DNA from: Solirubrobacterales bacterium
Lineage (GTDB): Bacteria; Actinomycetota; Thermoleophilia; Solirubrobacterales; 70-9
Assembly: GCA_035551255.1 (NCBI GenBank)
Contig: DASZNP010000063.1
Coordinates: 2,940-66,939 of the forward strand
Reading direction: 5' to 3'
Length of the DNA stretch: 64,000 nt
The translations under genes were made by a program, and so were the position numbers. Numbering within the stretch: the stretch's first letter is position 1; every line of letters starts with the position of its first letter. A model generated the notes under the pieces. The model ran no database searches. It was not told the DNA's origin and saw nothing but the letters and a program-made list of their open reading frames with translations. Shown piece by piece: positions 19,389 through 27,227 of the stretch.

Positions 19389-20766
19389 CGCCGGGCCGCC
19401 GGGGCTGGCGGCGAAGCTGCTCGGCTTCTGCGAGGAGCTGCGCGGTGAGGGGGTGGCGGTCGGCACCTCGGAGATGCTCGACGCCTTCGCGGCGCTGAGC
19501 GAGGTCGATTGGACCCGGCGCGAGGACTTCCGCGAGGCGCTGGCGGCGACGATCGCTAAGTCCCAGGACGACCGCCGCGTCTTCGAGCTGCTGTTCGAGC
19601 GCTACTTCTTCCGCACCGCCGAGGCCGAGGCAGTGCAGCGCGGAGTGACCGAGCACAGCGAGGGCGCGCCGCCGGCCGGCGAAGGCGAGCGCTTCGACAT
19701 GAGCGAGCTGAGCGAGGCGATCCGCGAGGCGATGCAGGCCGGCGACGAGGACCGGATGCGGGACCTGGCGCGGCTTGCGATCGCCGCCTTCGGCCGCGCC
19801 GAGGGCTCCGGCGTGGTCGGTGTCGACGTGCAGCGGATCCGCCGCACGCTCGGGCTCACCGCCGGCCAACAGCCGCCGGCCGAGGACGGCAGCGAGCGGC
19901 CGCCGATCGACCGCGATCAGCTGACCGGGTTCGAGCGCCACCTGCGCCGCGAGCTCGAGCGCGACTTGATCGAGCGAACCGAGACCCTCCCTCCCTCCCG
20001 CCCCCTGGCCGAGCTCGACCGGGCGCTGCCGACCAGCCCGACCCAGGACCTCGCCGCTGTTCACCGCGCGGTCTCGCAGATGAAGCGCCGCCTGGCGACG
20101 CTCGGCCACGAGCAGCGCGGGCGCAAAAAGGGACAGTTCGTCGACGTGCGGCGGACGATGCGCGCCTCGCTGGAGACCGGCGGTGTGCCGCTGCGCCTGC
20201 GCTACCGGCCGAAGCGGCCGCGGCGGCCGGAGATCTACGTTCTCTGTGACGTCTCGACCTCGGTCACCTCGGCCAGCGTCTTCTTCCTCTCGGTCCTCCA
20301 CGCCCTCCACGACTCGTTCCGAAAACTGCGCAGCTTCGTCTTCATCGAGCGGATCTCGGAGGTGACCGACGTCTTCGAGCACGAGCGCGACTTCGCTGTG
20401 GTGGCACAGAAAATTTCCAGCGAGGGCGGGGTCGCTGACGTCTCCGGCTACACCGACTATGGCCGCGTCTGGCTTGAGTTCCTCGAGGAGATTTCCGAAG
20501 ACCTCGATCCGCGCTCGACCGTGATTGTGCTCGGCGATGCCCGCACCAACGGCCGCGAGCCCCACGCCGAGGTCTTCGCCCGAATCGCCGCAAAAGCCGG
20601 GCGGCTGTTCTGGCTCAACCCCGAGCCAAAGCTCTACTGGAACTACGGCGATTCGGTGATGTCGGCCTACGAGCGCTACTGCGATGGCGCCTTCGAGTGC
20701 TGGACGACCAAACACCTGGAGAACTTCGTCAACGTCGTCGCCGGCGCCTCACCTTCCAGCGAATGA
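19360..20766 (+). CDS. VWA domain protein (CoxE-like partner of MoxR)
   Basis: 468 aa. The C-terminal VWA domain carries the MIDAS-like motif YVLCDVSTSV. It overlaps the moxR 3' end. The TTG start is uncertain. Confidence 0.85.
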   Translation: MPTPYGPKADAGPPGLAAKLLGFCEELRGEGVAVGTSEMLDAFAALSEVDWTRREDFREALAATIAKSQDDRRVFELLFERYFFRTAEAEAVQRGVTEHSEGAPPAGEGERFDMSELSEAIREAMQAGDEDRMRDLARLAIAAFGRAEGSGVVGVDVQRIRRTLGLTAGQQPPAEDGSERPPIDRDQLTGFERHLRRELERDLIERTETLPPSRPLAELDRALPTSPTQDLAAVHRAVSQMKRRLATLGHEQRGRKKGQFVDVRRTMRASLETGGVPLRLRYRPKRPRRPEIYVLCDVSTSVTSASVFFLSVLHALHDSFRKLRSFVFIERISEVTDVFEHERDFAVVAQKISSEGGVADVSGYTDYGRVWLEFLEEISEDLDPRSTVIVLGDARTNGREPHAEVFARIAAKAGRLFWLNPEPKLYWNYGDSVMSAYERYCDGAFECWTTKHLENFVNVVAGASPSSE

Positions 20767-21326
20767 GCCGCGCTCTATTCCTCCGCCACGGCGAGTCGGT
20801 CCACAACGCCGCCCGCAGCGGCGAGCCAGCGGCGCACTCCGAGGGCGACCGCTTGACCGAGAAGGGGGTCGAGCAGGCGCACGCAGCCGGTGCCGCGCTG
20901 CGCGAGCACGGGATCACCCGCCTGCTCTCGAGCCCGCTGCGACGGGCGCGGGAAACGGCGCAGGCGGTCGGCGACGCGCTCGGCCTTGAGGCCGAGGAGA
21001 TCGACTACACCGGCGAGCTCACCTCAGGCGAAACCTTCGAGCAGGCGGTCGCCCGGGTGCGGCGGCTGAAGGCCGAGCTCGAGGCGGGCGAGGCGGGGGC
21101 GCTGCCGCTGCTCGTCACCCACGGCATCTTCACCCGCTTCTTCCTCCTCGACTCGGTCCTCGGCGACCGCTTCGAGGCGGAGATGGCCACCGGGCTCTGG
21201 AACCTCGGCTCGCACAACTGCGGCCTCTCGGTCTTCGCCCACGGCGAGAGCCTCGACCCGCTCGGTCAGCCGATCCCCGGCTGGACCTGCCTCACCTGGA
21301 TGGAGCGGCCGTGGAGTCGGCCTTGA
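20763..21326 (+). CDS. Histidine phosphatase family protein (phosphoglycerate mutase-like)
   Basis: I moved the start to the ATG at 20763 (MSRALFLRHGESVHN, RHG motif). It forms an ATGA overlap with the VWA gene stop. Confidence 0.8.
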   Translation: MSRALFLRHGESVHNAARSGEPAAHSEGDRLTEKGVEQAHAAGAALREHGITRLLSSPLRRARETAQAVGDALGLEAEEIDYTGELTSGETFEQAVARVRRLKAELEAGEAGALPLLVTHGIFTRFFLLDSVLGDRFEAEMATGLWNLGSHNCGLSVFAHGESLDPLGQPIPGWTCLTWMERPWSRP

Positions 21327-22626
21327 CCTCGCCGCTGAAGATCTGAACGACGTCGGGTGAGACCTGCTCCTGCGGGGTGACGATCGCCCCCTCTGGCGGC
21401 GCCACCGGCCCCTCGAGCAGCGGGTCGTCGGTCTCCCGCATCCAAACATCGAGCCGCTCGCGCATCTCCGCCAGCACCTCCGCCTTGGCTGGGTCGGCGG
21501 CGACGTTGTTTCCCTCCTGCGGGTCGAGCACGAGGTCGTAGAGCTGCTCCTCCGGGACCACCTGGTCCCCCCACCCCGCCGCGACCAGCAAGTCCTTGGT
21601 GTCGCTGTCGTCGCAGTTAGCCAGCACTGGATGCGGGTATTCGTCGAACTTCCTTATGTACTTCCAACGCTCGGTCCGGACGGCCCGGTGAGGCTGGTAA
21701 GCGGCGTGGTAAGTCGTCTCGCTGAAGATGGCCTCGTGGAGGCGGTCGACCTCGCCCCGCACCAGCGGCATCATCGAGGCCCCCTGCAGCCAGTCGGGGT
21801 GCTCGGCCCCAGCGAGGTCGCAGAGCGTCGGGAAGACGTCGAGGTGGCTGACCGGGGCGTCGACCACCTTGCCACCGGCGAAGCCGGGCCCGCGCATGAT
21901 CATCATCACCCCGGTGCCGCGGTCGAAGAGCGTTGCCTTGGCGCCGGGGAAGGCGATCCCGTGGTCGGTCGTGCAGAGGACCAGCGTGTCCTCGGTGAGC
22001 CCGAAGTCGTGCAGGGCGTGGAGCACGGCGCCGATCCCCTGATCGAGCGAGCGGGCACTGGCCTTGAACGCGGCCATGTCGCGGCGGGTCACCGCCGTGT
22101 CCGGGAGGTTGGCGGGGGGCAGCGAGTAGAGCGTGTCGCGGACCGAGGTCGGGGCCGAGAAGTCGCGGTGGGTCTCGAAGAAGCCGACCGACATGAACCA
22201 TGGCTGCGGCGGTGCCTCCTTCAGCGCCTTGATCGTCAGCGGGGCGACGAAGGAGGCGTGGTTGGAATCGACCGGGACGATCTCGTCATAGCCGATCACC
22301 TCGGGGTCGATCGAGATGTGCTGCTCGCCGATCAGGGTCGAGTGGTAACCGGCGCCGCGCAGGGCGTGGACCCAGTGCTGCCCGTAGTCGTTCAGCTTCC
22401 AGCCGCGGTGGGCGAGCCCGAGCATTCCGTTGTTGTGGCAGTAGAGCCCGGTGAGGAGACTGGCGCGGCTGCCAGAGCAGGTCGGCGCGGCGCAGAAGGC
22501 CTCGCGGAACAGCACCCCCTGGTCGGCCAGCATCTGGATGTTCGGCGTGGGAACCTGGAAGCCGTAGGGCTGGACGTAGCGGCCGGTGTCGTGGGAATGG
22601 ATGTAGAGGATGTTCGGCTGCTTCAC
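21292..22626 (-). CDS. Type I sulfatase-family protein, apparently cytoplasmic, with a variant nucleophile motif
   Basis: 444 aa. The N-terminus PNILYIHSHDTG and the segment APTCSGSRASLLTG align with the sulfatase signature, but Gly replaces the usual Pro of C-x-P-x-R. No signal peptide is visible. Confidence 0.85.
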   Translation of the reverse strand: MKQPNILYIHSHDTGRYVQPYGFQVPTPNIQMLADQGVLFREAFCAAPTCSGSRASLLTGLYCHNNGMLGLAHRGWKLNDYGQHWVHALRGAGYHSTLIGEQHISIDPEVIGYDEIVPVDSNHASFVAPLTIKALKEAPPQPWFMSVGFFETHRDFSAPTSVRDTLYSLPPANLPDTAVTRRDMAAFKASARSLDQGIGAVLHALHDFGLTEDTLVLCTTDHGIAFPGAKATLFDRGTGVMMIMRGPGFAGGKVVDAPVSHLDVFPTLCDLAGAEHPDWLQGASMMPLVRGEVDRLHEAIFSETTYHAAYQPHRAVRTERWKYIRKFDEYPHPVLANCDDSDTKDLLVAAGWGDQVVPEEQLYDLVLDPQEGNNVAADPAKAEVLAEMRERLDVWMRETDDPLLEGPVAPPEGAIVTPQEQVSPDVVQIFSGEVKADSTAAPSR

Positions 22627-22690
22627 CTCCCGTCAGGTTATCGCTCCCATCCTGTTTATCTGTTTGTTGATAGGGATAGTTAGGAAAGAA

Positions 22691-23617
22691 ATGAGACCTA
22701 ATCGCTCCTATCTCGTCTGCGCCACCCCCCGCAGCGGCAGCACCCTCGTCTGCCACGCGCTCGAGGAAACCGGGATCGCCGGCCGCCCCGAGGAGTACTT
22801 CGAGGCCCTCCGCCACAGCGGCCGCCCGCGCCGGCCGGAGGAATATTTCCTCGGCGTCGAGGACCAGTCGATCCGCGACCACCTCGGCGAGCGCAGCGTC
22901 GGCAGCGACCCGGCGCCCCGCTCCCCGCTCTGGAGCCGCGCCGCCTACGACCGCTACCTCGAGTGGGCTTTCGAGACCGGGACCACCCCCAACGGCGTCT
23001 TCGGGGCGAAGCTGATGTGGGGCTACTTCGGCGAGTTCGTCTCCCTCCTGCGCAACGTCCCCGAATACCGCGACGTGCCGCTGGCCGAGCTCCTCCCCAC
23101 CGTCTTCCCCGACCTCACCTTCGTCCGCATCGTCCGCGCCAACAAGGTGCGGCAGGCGGTCTCGCTCTGGAAGGCGGTGCAGACGGCGACCTGGCGCGAA
23201 GACCACGCTGGCGCCGAGGCGGTCTCGGTAGAAGGCAACGGCGCCGCCTACCAGAGCTTCATCGAGGAGCACCGCCCGCAGCTGCGCTTCCACTACCGGG
23301 CGATCGACCACCTCCTAGAGCAGCTCCTAATAGAAGAAGCCTCCTGGGACGCCTTCTTCGAGCACTCGGGCATCAAACCCGTCCTGGTCCTCTACGAGAA
23401 CTTCGCCGCCGATTACGAGACCAGCACTCACAACCTCCTAGAGCGCCTAGGCCTCTCCTGCCCCGACGACTTCGAATTCGAACCGCGGATGAAGAAGCAA
23501 TCCGACGGCATCAACGACGACTGGACCAAACGCTACAGCGATCTGCGCCTGGGCCGGGACTTCGATCTCGAGCCGGTGCAGATCGCAGCAAAGGGTGAAT
23601 CGGGCCCATCGTCCTAA
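22691..23617 (+). CDS. Stf0-family sulfotransferase (trehalose 2-sulfotransferase-like)
   Basis: I moved the start to the ATG at 22691, preceded by AGGAAAG. MRPNRSYLVCATPRSGSTL, TPNGVFGAKLMW and RANKVRQAVSLWKAVQT match my recollection of mycobacterial Stf0. Confidence 0.8.
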   Translation: MRPNRSYLVCATPRSGSTLVCHALEETGIAGRPEEYFEALRHSGRPRRPEEYFLGVEDQSIRDHLGERSVGSDPAPRSPLWSRAAYDRYLEWAFETGTTPNGVFGAKLMWGYFGEFVSLLRNVPEYRDVPLAELLPTVFPDLTFVRIVRANKVRQAVSLWKAVQTATWREDHAGAEAVSVEGNGAAYQSFIEEHRPQLRFHYRAIDHLLEQLLIEEASWDAFFEHSGIKPVLVLYENFAADYETSTHNLLERLGLSCPDDFEFEPRMKKQSDGINDDWTKRYSDLRLGRDFDLEPVQIAAKGESGPSS

Positions 23618-23713
23618 GACAGTTAAGTATTAATTCTTCTTGCTTTTTTGGGCTTCCTTGGAAGAAGATGGGTCACTGTTTTAGGGACCCAGAACCCTTC
23701 TCAAGGAGACTGT

Positions 23714-23770
23714 ATGGCTGTCGCAGATCGACGCCGCAGTAAACCGCTAGTCGGGCGCGCCGGGGTCTGA
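23714..23770 (+). CDS. Possible 18-codon upstream ORF (MAVADRRRSKPLVGRAGV)
   Basis: AAGGAG lies 5 nt upstream of the ATG. Its stop is 2 nt before the ATG of the next ORF. There is no homology evidence. Confidence 0.2.
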   Translation: MAVADRRRSKPLVGRAGV

Positions 23771-23772
23771 CC

Positions 23773-24090
23773 ATGGGACTGAGGGAGTGGTGGGACAGCT
23801 GGTTCAGCCCTCCCCCACCCGACCCCTATGCGAATCGGCCACCAGAGTTTCAGCACCGCTGTCCCCTACCCCGACTCCGGACCCCCGGCGCAACGTGGGT
23901 CTGCAGACACTGTGACTGCCCGTGGGTGGTGTGGAGCGGCTACATGGTCTCAGCGGAGAGGCTCGTCATGTGCGACTCACAGCGCCCTTGGCTCGGCACC
24001 ACAACAGAACCGGTCACCTACTGGCACGACAAGCCGATTTGGCGATTCGACCTGACGACCTACTCTCGCAGGCGCGACAAGCCGAACTAG
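23773..24090 (+). CDS. Trp/Cys-rich orphan hypothetical protein
   Basis: 105-aa ORF in a lower-GC patch. It has 9 Trp and a CPLP...CRHCDC pattern. I do not recognise the family. Confidence 0.4.
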   Translation: MGLREWWDSWFSPPPPDPYANRPPEFQHRCPLPRLRTPGATWVCRHCDCPWVVWSGYMVSAERLVMCDSQRPWLGTTTEPVTYWHDKPIWRFDLTTYSRRRDKPN

Positions 24091-24548
24091 CGCGCGACCC
24101 AGGCGTCAGGCGCCGAAGTCAACTCGCCGACGACGGTCGGCAGCTCTCCGGAGACTAGGTCGGCGAGGGTTACCTCCTCGAGCACGTTGCGGAGGCTGGC
24201 GCGGACGGCTATCCAGACTGCTTGCAGGTGCTCGGCGTTGCCGCGGTACTCGATGTCCTCTGGCGGGGTCGACTGGACGTGGGCGATCGGGCCCTCTACG
24301 GCGCGGACGATCTCGGCGACGGTTACCTCGTCGGCCGGGCGGGCGAGCCAGTACCCGCCCTTGGCGCCGCGGCGGGCGCGGACGATGCCGTGGTGCTTGA
24401 GCTCCAGCAGGATGTGCTCGAGAAACTGCAGGGGGATTTCCTGTGCCTCGGCCAGGCGCTCGCCCTTGACGGGCGCCTCCTCGGCCTGGGCGGCCGCAAG
24501 CTCGGCAGCGGCCCGCACCGCGTAGTCGGCCTTCGCGGAAACTCGCAT
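24087..24548 (-). CDS. Rrf2-family transcriptional regulator (no Cys cluster, CymR-like)
   Basis: 153 aa. The N-terminus MRVSAKADYAVRAAAELA and the wHTH segment are typical of Rrf2. It has no Cys residues for an Fe-S cluster. Confidence 0.9.
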   Translation of the reverse strand: MRVSAKADYAVRAAAELAAAQAEEAPVKGERLAEAQEIPLQFLEHILLELKHHGIVRARRGAKGGYWLARPADEVTVAEIVRAVEGPIAHVQSTPPEDIEYRGNAEHLQAVWIAVRASLRNVLEEVTLADLVSGELPTVVGELTSAPDAWVAR

Positions 24549-24560
24549 GTGTCTAGTAAA

Positions 24561-25520
24561 TCAGTCCGCCGGGAGGGTGCGACCCAGGGCCGCCGCCCGA
24601 TCGAGCTCTTGCCGCTGTTCGAGCTCGGTTTCTTCCCGCCGCTGCGCCTCGCGGCGGCGGTGGAGAAAGTGCGGCGCATAGAGCACCAGGCCGAGCCCAA
24701 GCGCGGCGATGCCGGCGGCGATCGGCCAGACGGAGGGGTCGCCCTTCTGGATCGTGACGATGCCGGAACCGACGAGTACAACCCCGAGGGCGGTGCGGAT
24801 GAAGCCCTGCGGTGAGCGGTCGGACAGCGCTGCGCCGATGATCACTCCCGGCACCGAGCCGAGGAGGATGTTGCCGGCGAGGACAAAGTCGACGTTGCCG
24901 CCGATCCAATGGGCGATGCCGGCGGCCCAGAGGAGAAGGGCGGCGTGGAAGACATCGGTCCCGACCACTTTTTTCGGCGCCAGGCGGTAGACGGCGATCA
25001 ACAGGATCGCGATCACCGTGCCGGAGCCCGCCGAGGTGATGCCGATCACGAAGCCGGTGGTGGCGCCGATTGCGATCGCCGCGAGCTTGTGGCGGCGCTC
25101 GACGTCGAAGCGGTCGCGCTCCTCGATCAGATTACGAAGGATCAGCGCCCGCGCCAGGGTGATCACCCCGACCATCAGCAGGGTGCCGCCGAGGACGGCG
25201 TAAACGAGTTCGTTGAGGCGGTCTTCCCCGACCTGCCCCTGCAGCCAGGAGACGAGCGCGACGCCGGCGATCGCGGCGGGGACGCTGCCGGTGGCGAGCC
25301 AGCGGACCAACTCCATGTTCACCGTCTTCATCCGGAAGTGGCGCCAGCCGCCGACGGTCTTGGTGACCGCCGAGTAGAAGATGTCGGTGCCGATCGCGGT
25401 GGTGGGCTGGATGCCGAAGATGAGGATCAGCAGCGGGGTCATCAGCGAGCCGCCGCCCATGCCCGTCATGCCGACGAGAATGCCGATTCCCAAACCGAAA
25501 AGGACGATTGCCGGGTCCAT
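24561..25520 (-). CDS. TauE/SafE-family sulfite/organosulfonate exporter (DUF81)
   Basis: 319 aa and polytopic, with GILVGMTGMGGGSLMTPLLILIFG. It has a charged C-terminal tail. Confidence 0.9.
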   Translation of the reverse strand: MDPAIVLFGLGIGILVGMTGMGGGSLMTPLLILIFGIQPTTAIGTDIFYSAVTKTVGGWRHFRMKTVNMELVRWLATGSVPAAIAGVALVSWLQGQVGEDRLNELVYAVLGGTLLMVGVITLARALILRNLIEERDRFDVERRHKLAAIAIGATTGFVIGITSAGSGTVIAILLIAVYRLAPKKVVGTDVFHAALLLWAAGIAHWIGGNVDFVLAGNILLGSVPGVIIGAALSDRSPQGFIRTALGVVLVGSGIVTIQKGDPSVWPIAAGIAALGLGLVLYAPHFLHRRREAQRREETELEQRQELDRAAALGRTLPAD

Positions 25521-25561
25521 AATTCGCTCCTACAGCTCCGCAACAAATTTGATTTCGACTT

Positions 25562-25582
25562 TCCTGACCTCCTTGGTCAGGA
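25562..25582. promoter_or_regulatory. Inverted repeat TCCTGACC-TCCTT-GGTCAGGA in the tauE-rrf2 / ABC divergent promoter region
   Basis: 8-bp arms read directly from the sequence. It sits 26 nt upstream of the ABC ATPase start. Candidate operator for the adjacent Rrf2 regulator. Confidence 0.35.
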
Positions 25583-25607
25583 GTGCGGAGTCCGGCAGGA
25601 TACCACC

Positions 25608-26432
25608 ATGAAGCCCGAAAGTGGGCAAATCGAATCTGTCGTGTCCGATTCTCCACCCGCCCCAGGCAGCGGCGGAGGTATCTCGCTGCAGGCGGTCGAG
25701 CACGCCTACGGCGAGCTGCGCTCGTTGGCCGGGATCGACCTCGAGGTGCCGGCGCAGAGCGTCGTTGGCCTCGTCGGCCCCTCCGGCTGCGGCAAGTCGA
25801 CGCTGCTGGAGCTGATCTGCGGCCTGCGCGAGCCGAGCGGCGGCACGGTCGCGATCGACGGCAGCACCGACGGCCGCGCGCGCCTCGCCCGCTGCGCCTT
25901 CATGCCCCAGCGCGACCTCCTCCTCCCCTGGTACTCGGCGATCGACAACGCCGCCCTCGCCCTGCGCAACCAGGGGATGCGGCGGGAGCCGGCCCGGGCG
26001 GCCGCCCGCGACCTCTTTGAGCGCTTCGGCCTCGGCGGCTTCGAGACGGCGCGGCCGGCCGAGCTCTCGGGCGGGATGCGGCAGCGGGTCGCCTTCCTCC
26101 GTACCCTGATCGCCGGCAAGCCGGTGCTGGCGCTGGACGAGCCCTTCGCCTCCCTCGACGCGATCACCCGGGCCGAGATGCAGGAGTGGCTGGCGACCGC
26201 CCTGCGCACCAACCCCCGCACCGTCGTCCTCGTCACCCACGACGTCGAGGAGGCGCTCTACCTCTGCGATCGCGTCGCCGTGCTCTCGAGCCGGCCGGGG
26301 CAGATCGTCGCCGAGCTGGGCGCCCCCGGACGCCGCGCGGCGGATCGCGACGCCGCGATCACCGATCCCGCCTTCGTCGCCGCCCGCGAAGAGGCGCTGC
26401 AAGCCCTCCACCACGGAAGTCGTGGTTCCTAA
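25608..26432 (+). CDS. ABC transporter ATP-binding protein (NitT/TauT family, SsuB/TauB-like)
   Basis: Only the 3' part of track ORF 24909-26432 is coding, with the start at the ATG at 25608. Walker A is GPSGCGKST, the signature is LSGGMRQR and Walker B is VLALDEPF. Confidence 0.9.
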   Translation: MKPESGQIESVVSDSPPAPGSGGGISLQAVEHAYGELRSLAGIDLEVPAQSVVGLVGPSGCGKSTLLELICGLREPSGGTVAIDGSTDGRARLARCAFMPQRDLLLPWYSAIDNAALALRNQGMRREPARAAARDLFERFGLGGFETARPAELSGGMRQRVAFLRTLIAGKPVLALDEPFASLDAITRAEMQEWLATALRTNPRTVVLVTHDVEEALYLCDRVAVLSSRPGQIVAELGAPGRRAADRDAAITDPAFVAAREEALQALHHGSRGS

Positions 26433-26461
26433 TGCACGACATAGGTACAAAAGGAACCACG
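26421..26461 (+). promoter_or_regulatory. Stem-loop enclosing the permease start codon
   Basis: Perfect 10-bp inverted repeat CGTGGTTCCT (26421-26430) / AGGAACCACG (26452-26461). The 21-nt loop contains the TAATG stop/start junction. Confidence 0.5.
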
Positions 26462-27217
26462 CGATTGCGCCGCGTAGTGCTTCCCGCGCTACTGCTTGCC
26501 GGCCTGCTCGGCCTTTGGCAGCTCGCCGCCTCTACCGGCGCGCTGAAGGACGCGCTGAACCTGCAGAGCTTCCTCGTCCCCTCGCCGCTCGAAGTCGCCG
26601 AATCCCTTTGGGACAACCGCACCCTGCTCGCCGAAAACGCCTGGGTGACCCTGCGGGAGATGGTCTTCGGGATCCTCGCCGCAGTCGTCGTCGGCGTCGG
26701 CTTCGCGGTCGTCATGCACCGCTGGAGGGTGATGCGGGACGCCGCCTACCCGCTGATCGTCGCCTCGCAGACGATCCCGGTGGTGGTGATCTCGCCGATC
26801 CTCGTCACCTGGTTCGGCTACGGGATCACGCCGAAGGTGGTGATTATCGCCCTCGTCTGCTTCTTCCCACTGACGATCAACGCTCTCGACGGCCTGCGCG
26901 CGGTCGAACCGGAGGCGCTGAAGATGATGCGCAGCCTCGAGGCCTCCCGCTGGCAGCTCTTCCAGCGCGTCGAAGCCCCGACCGCCCTGCCCCACGTCTT
27001 CACCGGGGCGAAGATCGCCGTGGTGATCGCGCCGATCGGCGCCGTCTTCGCCGAGTGGGCAGGTTCAAGCGCCGGGCTCGGGCACCTGATCCAGTCCGAC
27101 ACCGCCAACTTCGAAGTCGCCCGCCAGTTCGCCACCGTCGCCGTCCTCTCCGCCATGGCCCTGGCGCTGATGGGCCTGACCGTGCTCGCGGAGCGGCGCG
27201 TCGTCCGTTGGCGATAG
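26432..27217 (+). CDS. ABC transporter permease (SsuC/TauC-like)
   Basis: The start ATG at 26432 overlaps the ATPase stop (TAATG). It has six TM segments and an EAA-like loop (MRSLEASRWQLFQRVEAPTALPHVFTGAKI). Confidence 0.9.
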   Translation: MHDIGTKGTTRLRRVVLPALLLAGLLGLWQLAASTGALKDALNLQSFLVPSPLEVAESLWDNRTLLAENAWVTLREMVFGILAAVVVGVGFAVVMHRWRVMRDAAYPLIVASQTIPVVVISPILVTWFGYGITPKVVIIALVCFFPLTINALDGLRAVEPEALKMMRSLEASRWQLFQRVEAPTALPHVFTGAKIAVVIAPIGAVFAEWAGSSAGLGHLIQSDTANFEVARQFATVAVLSAMALALMGLTVLAERRVVRWR

Positions 27218-27227
27218 AACTCCCCCG

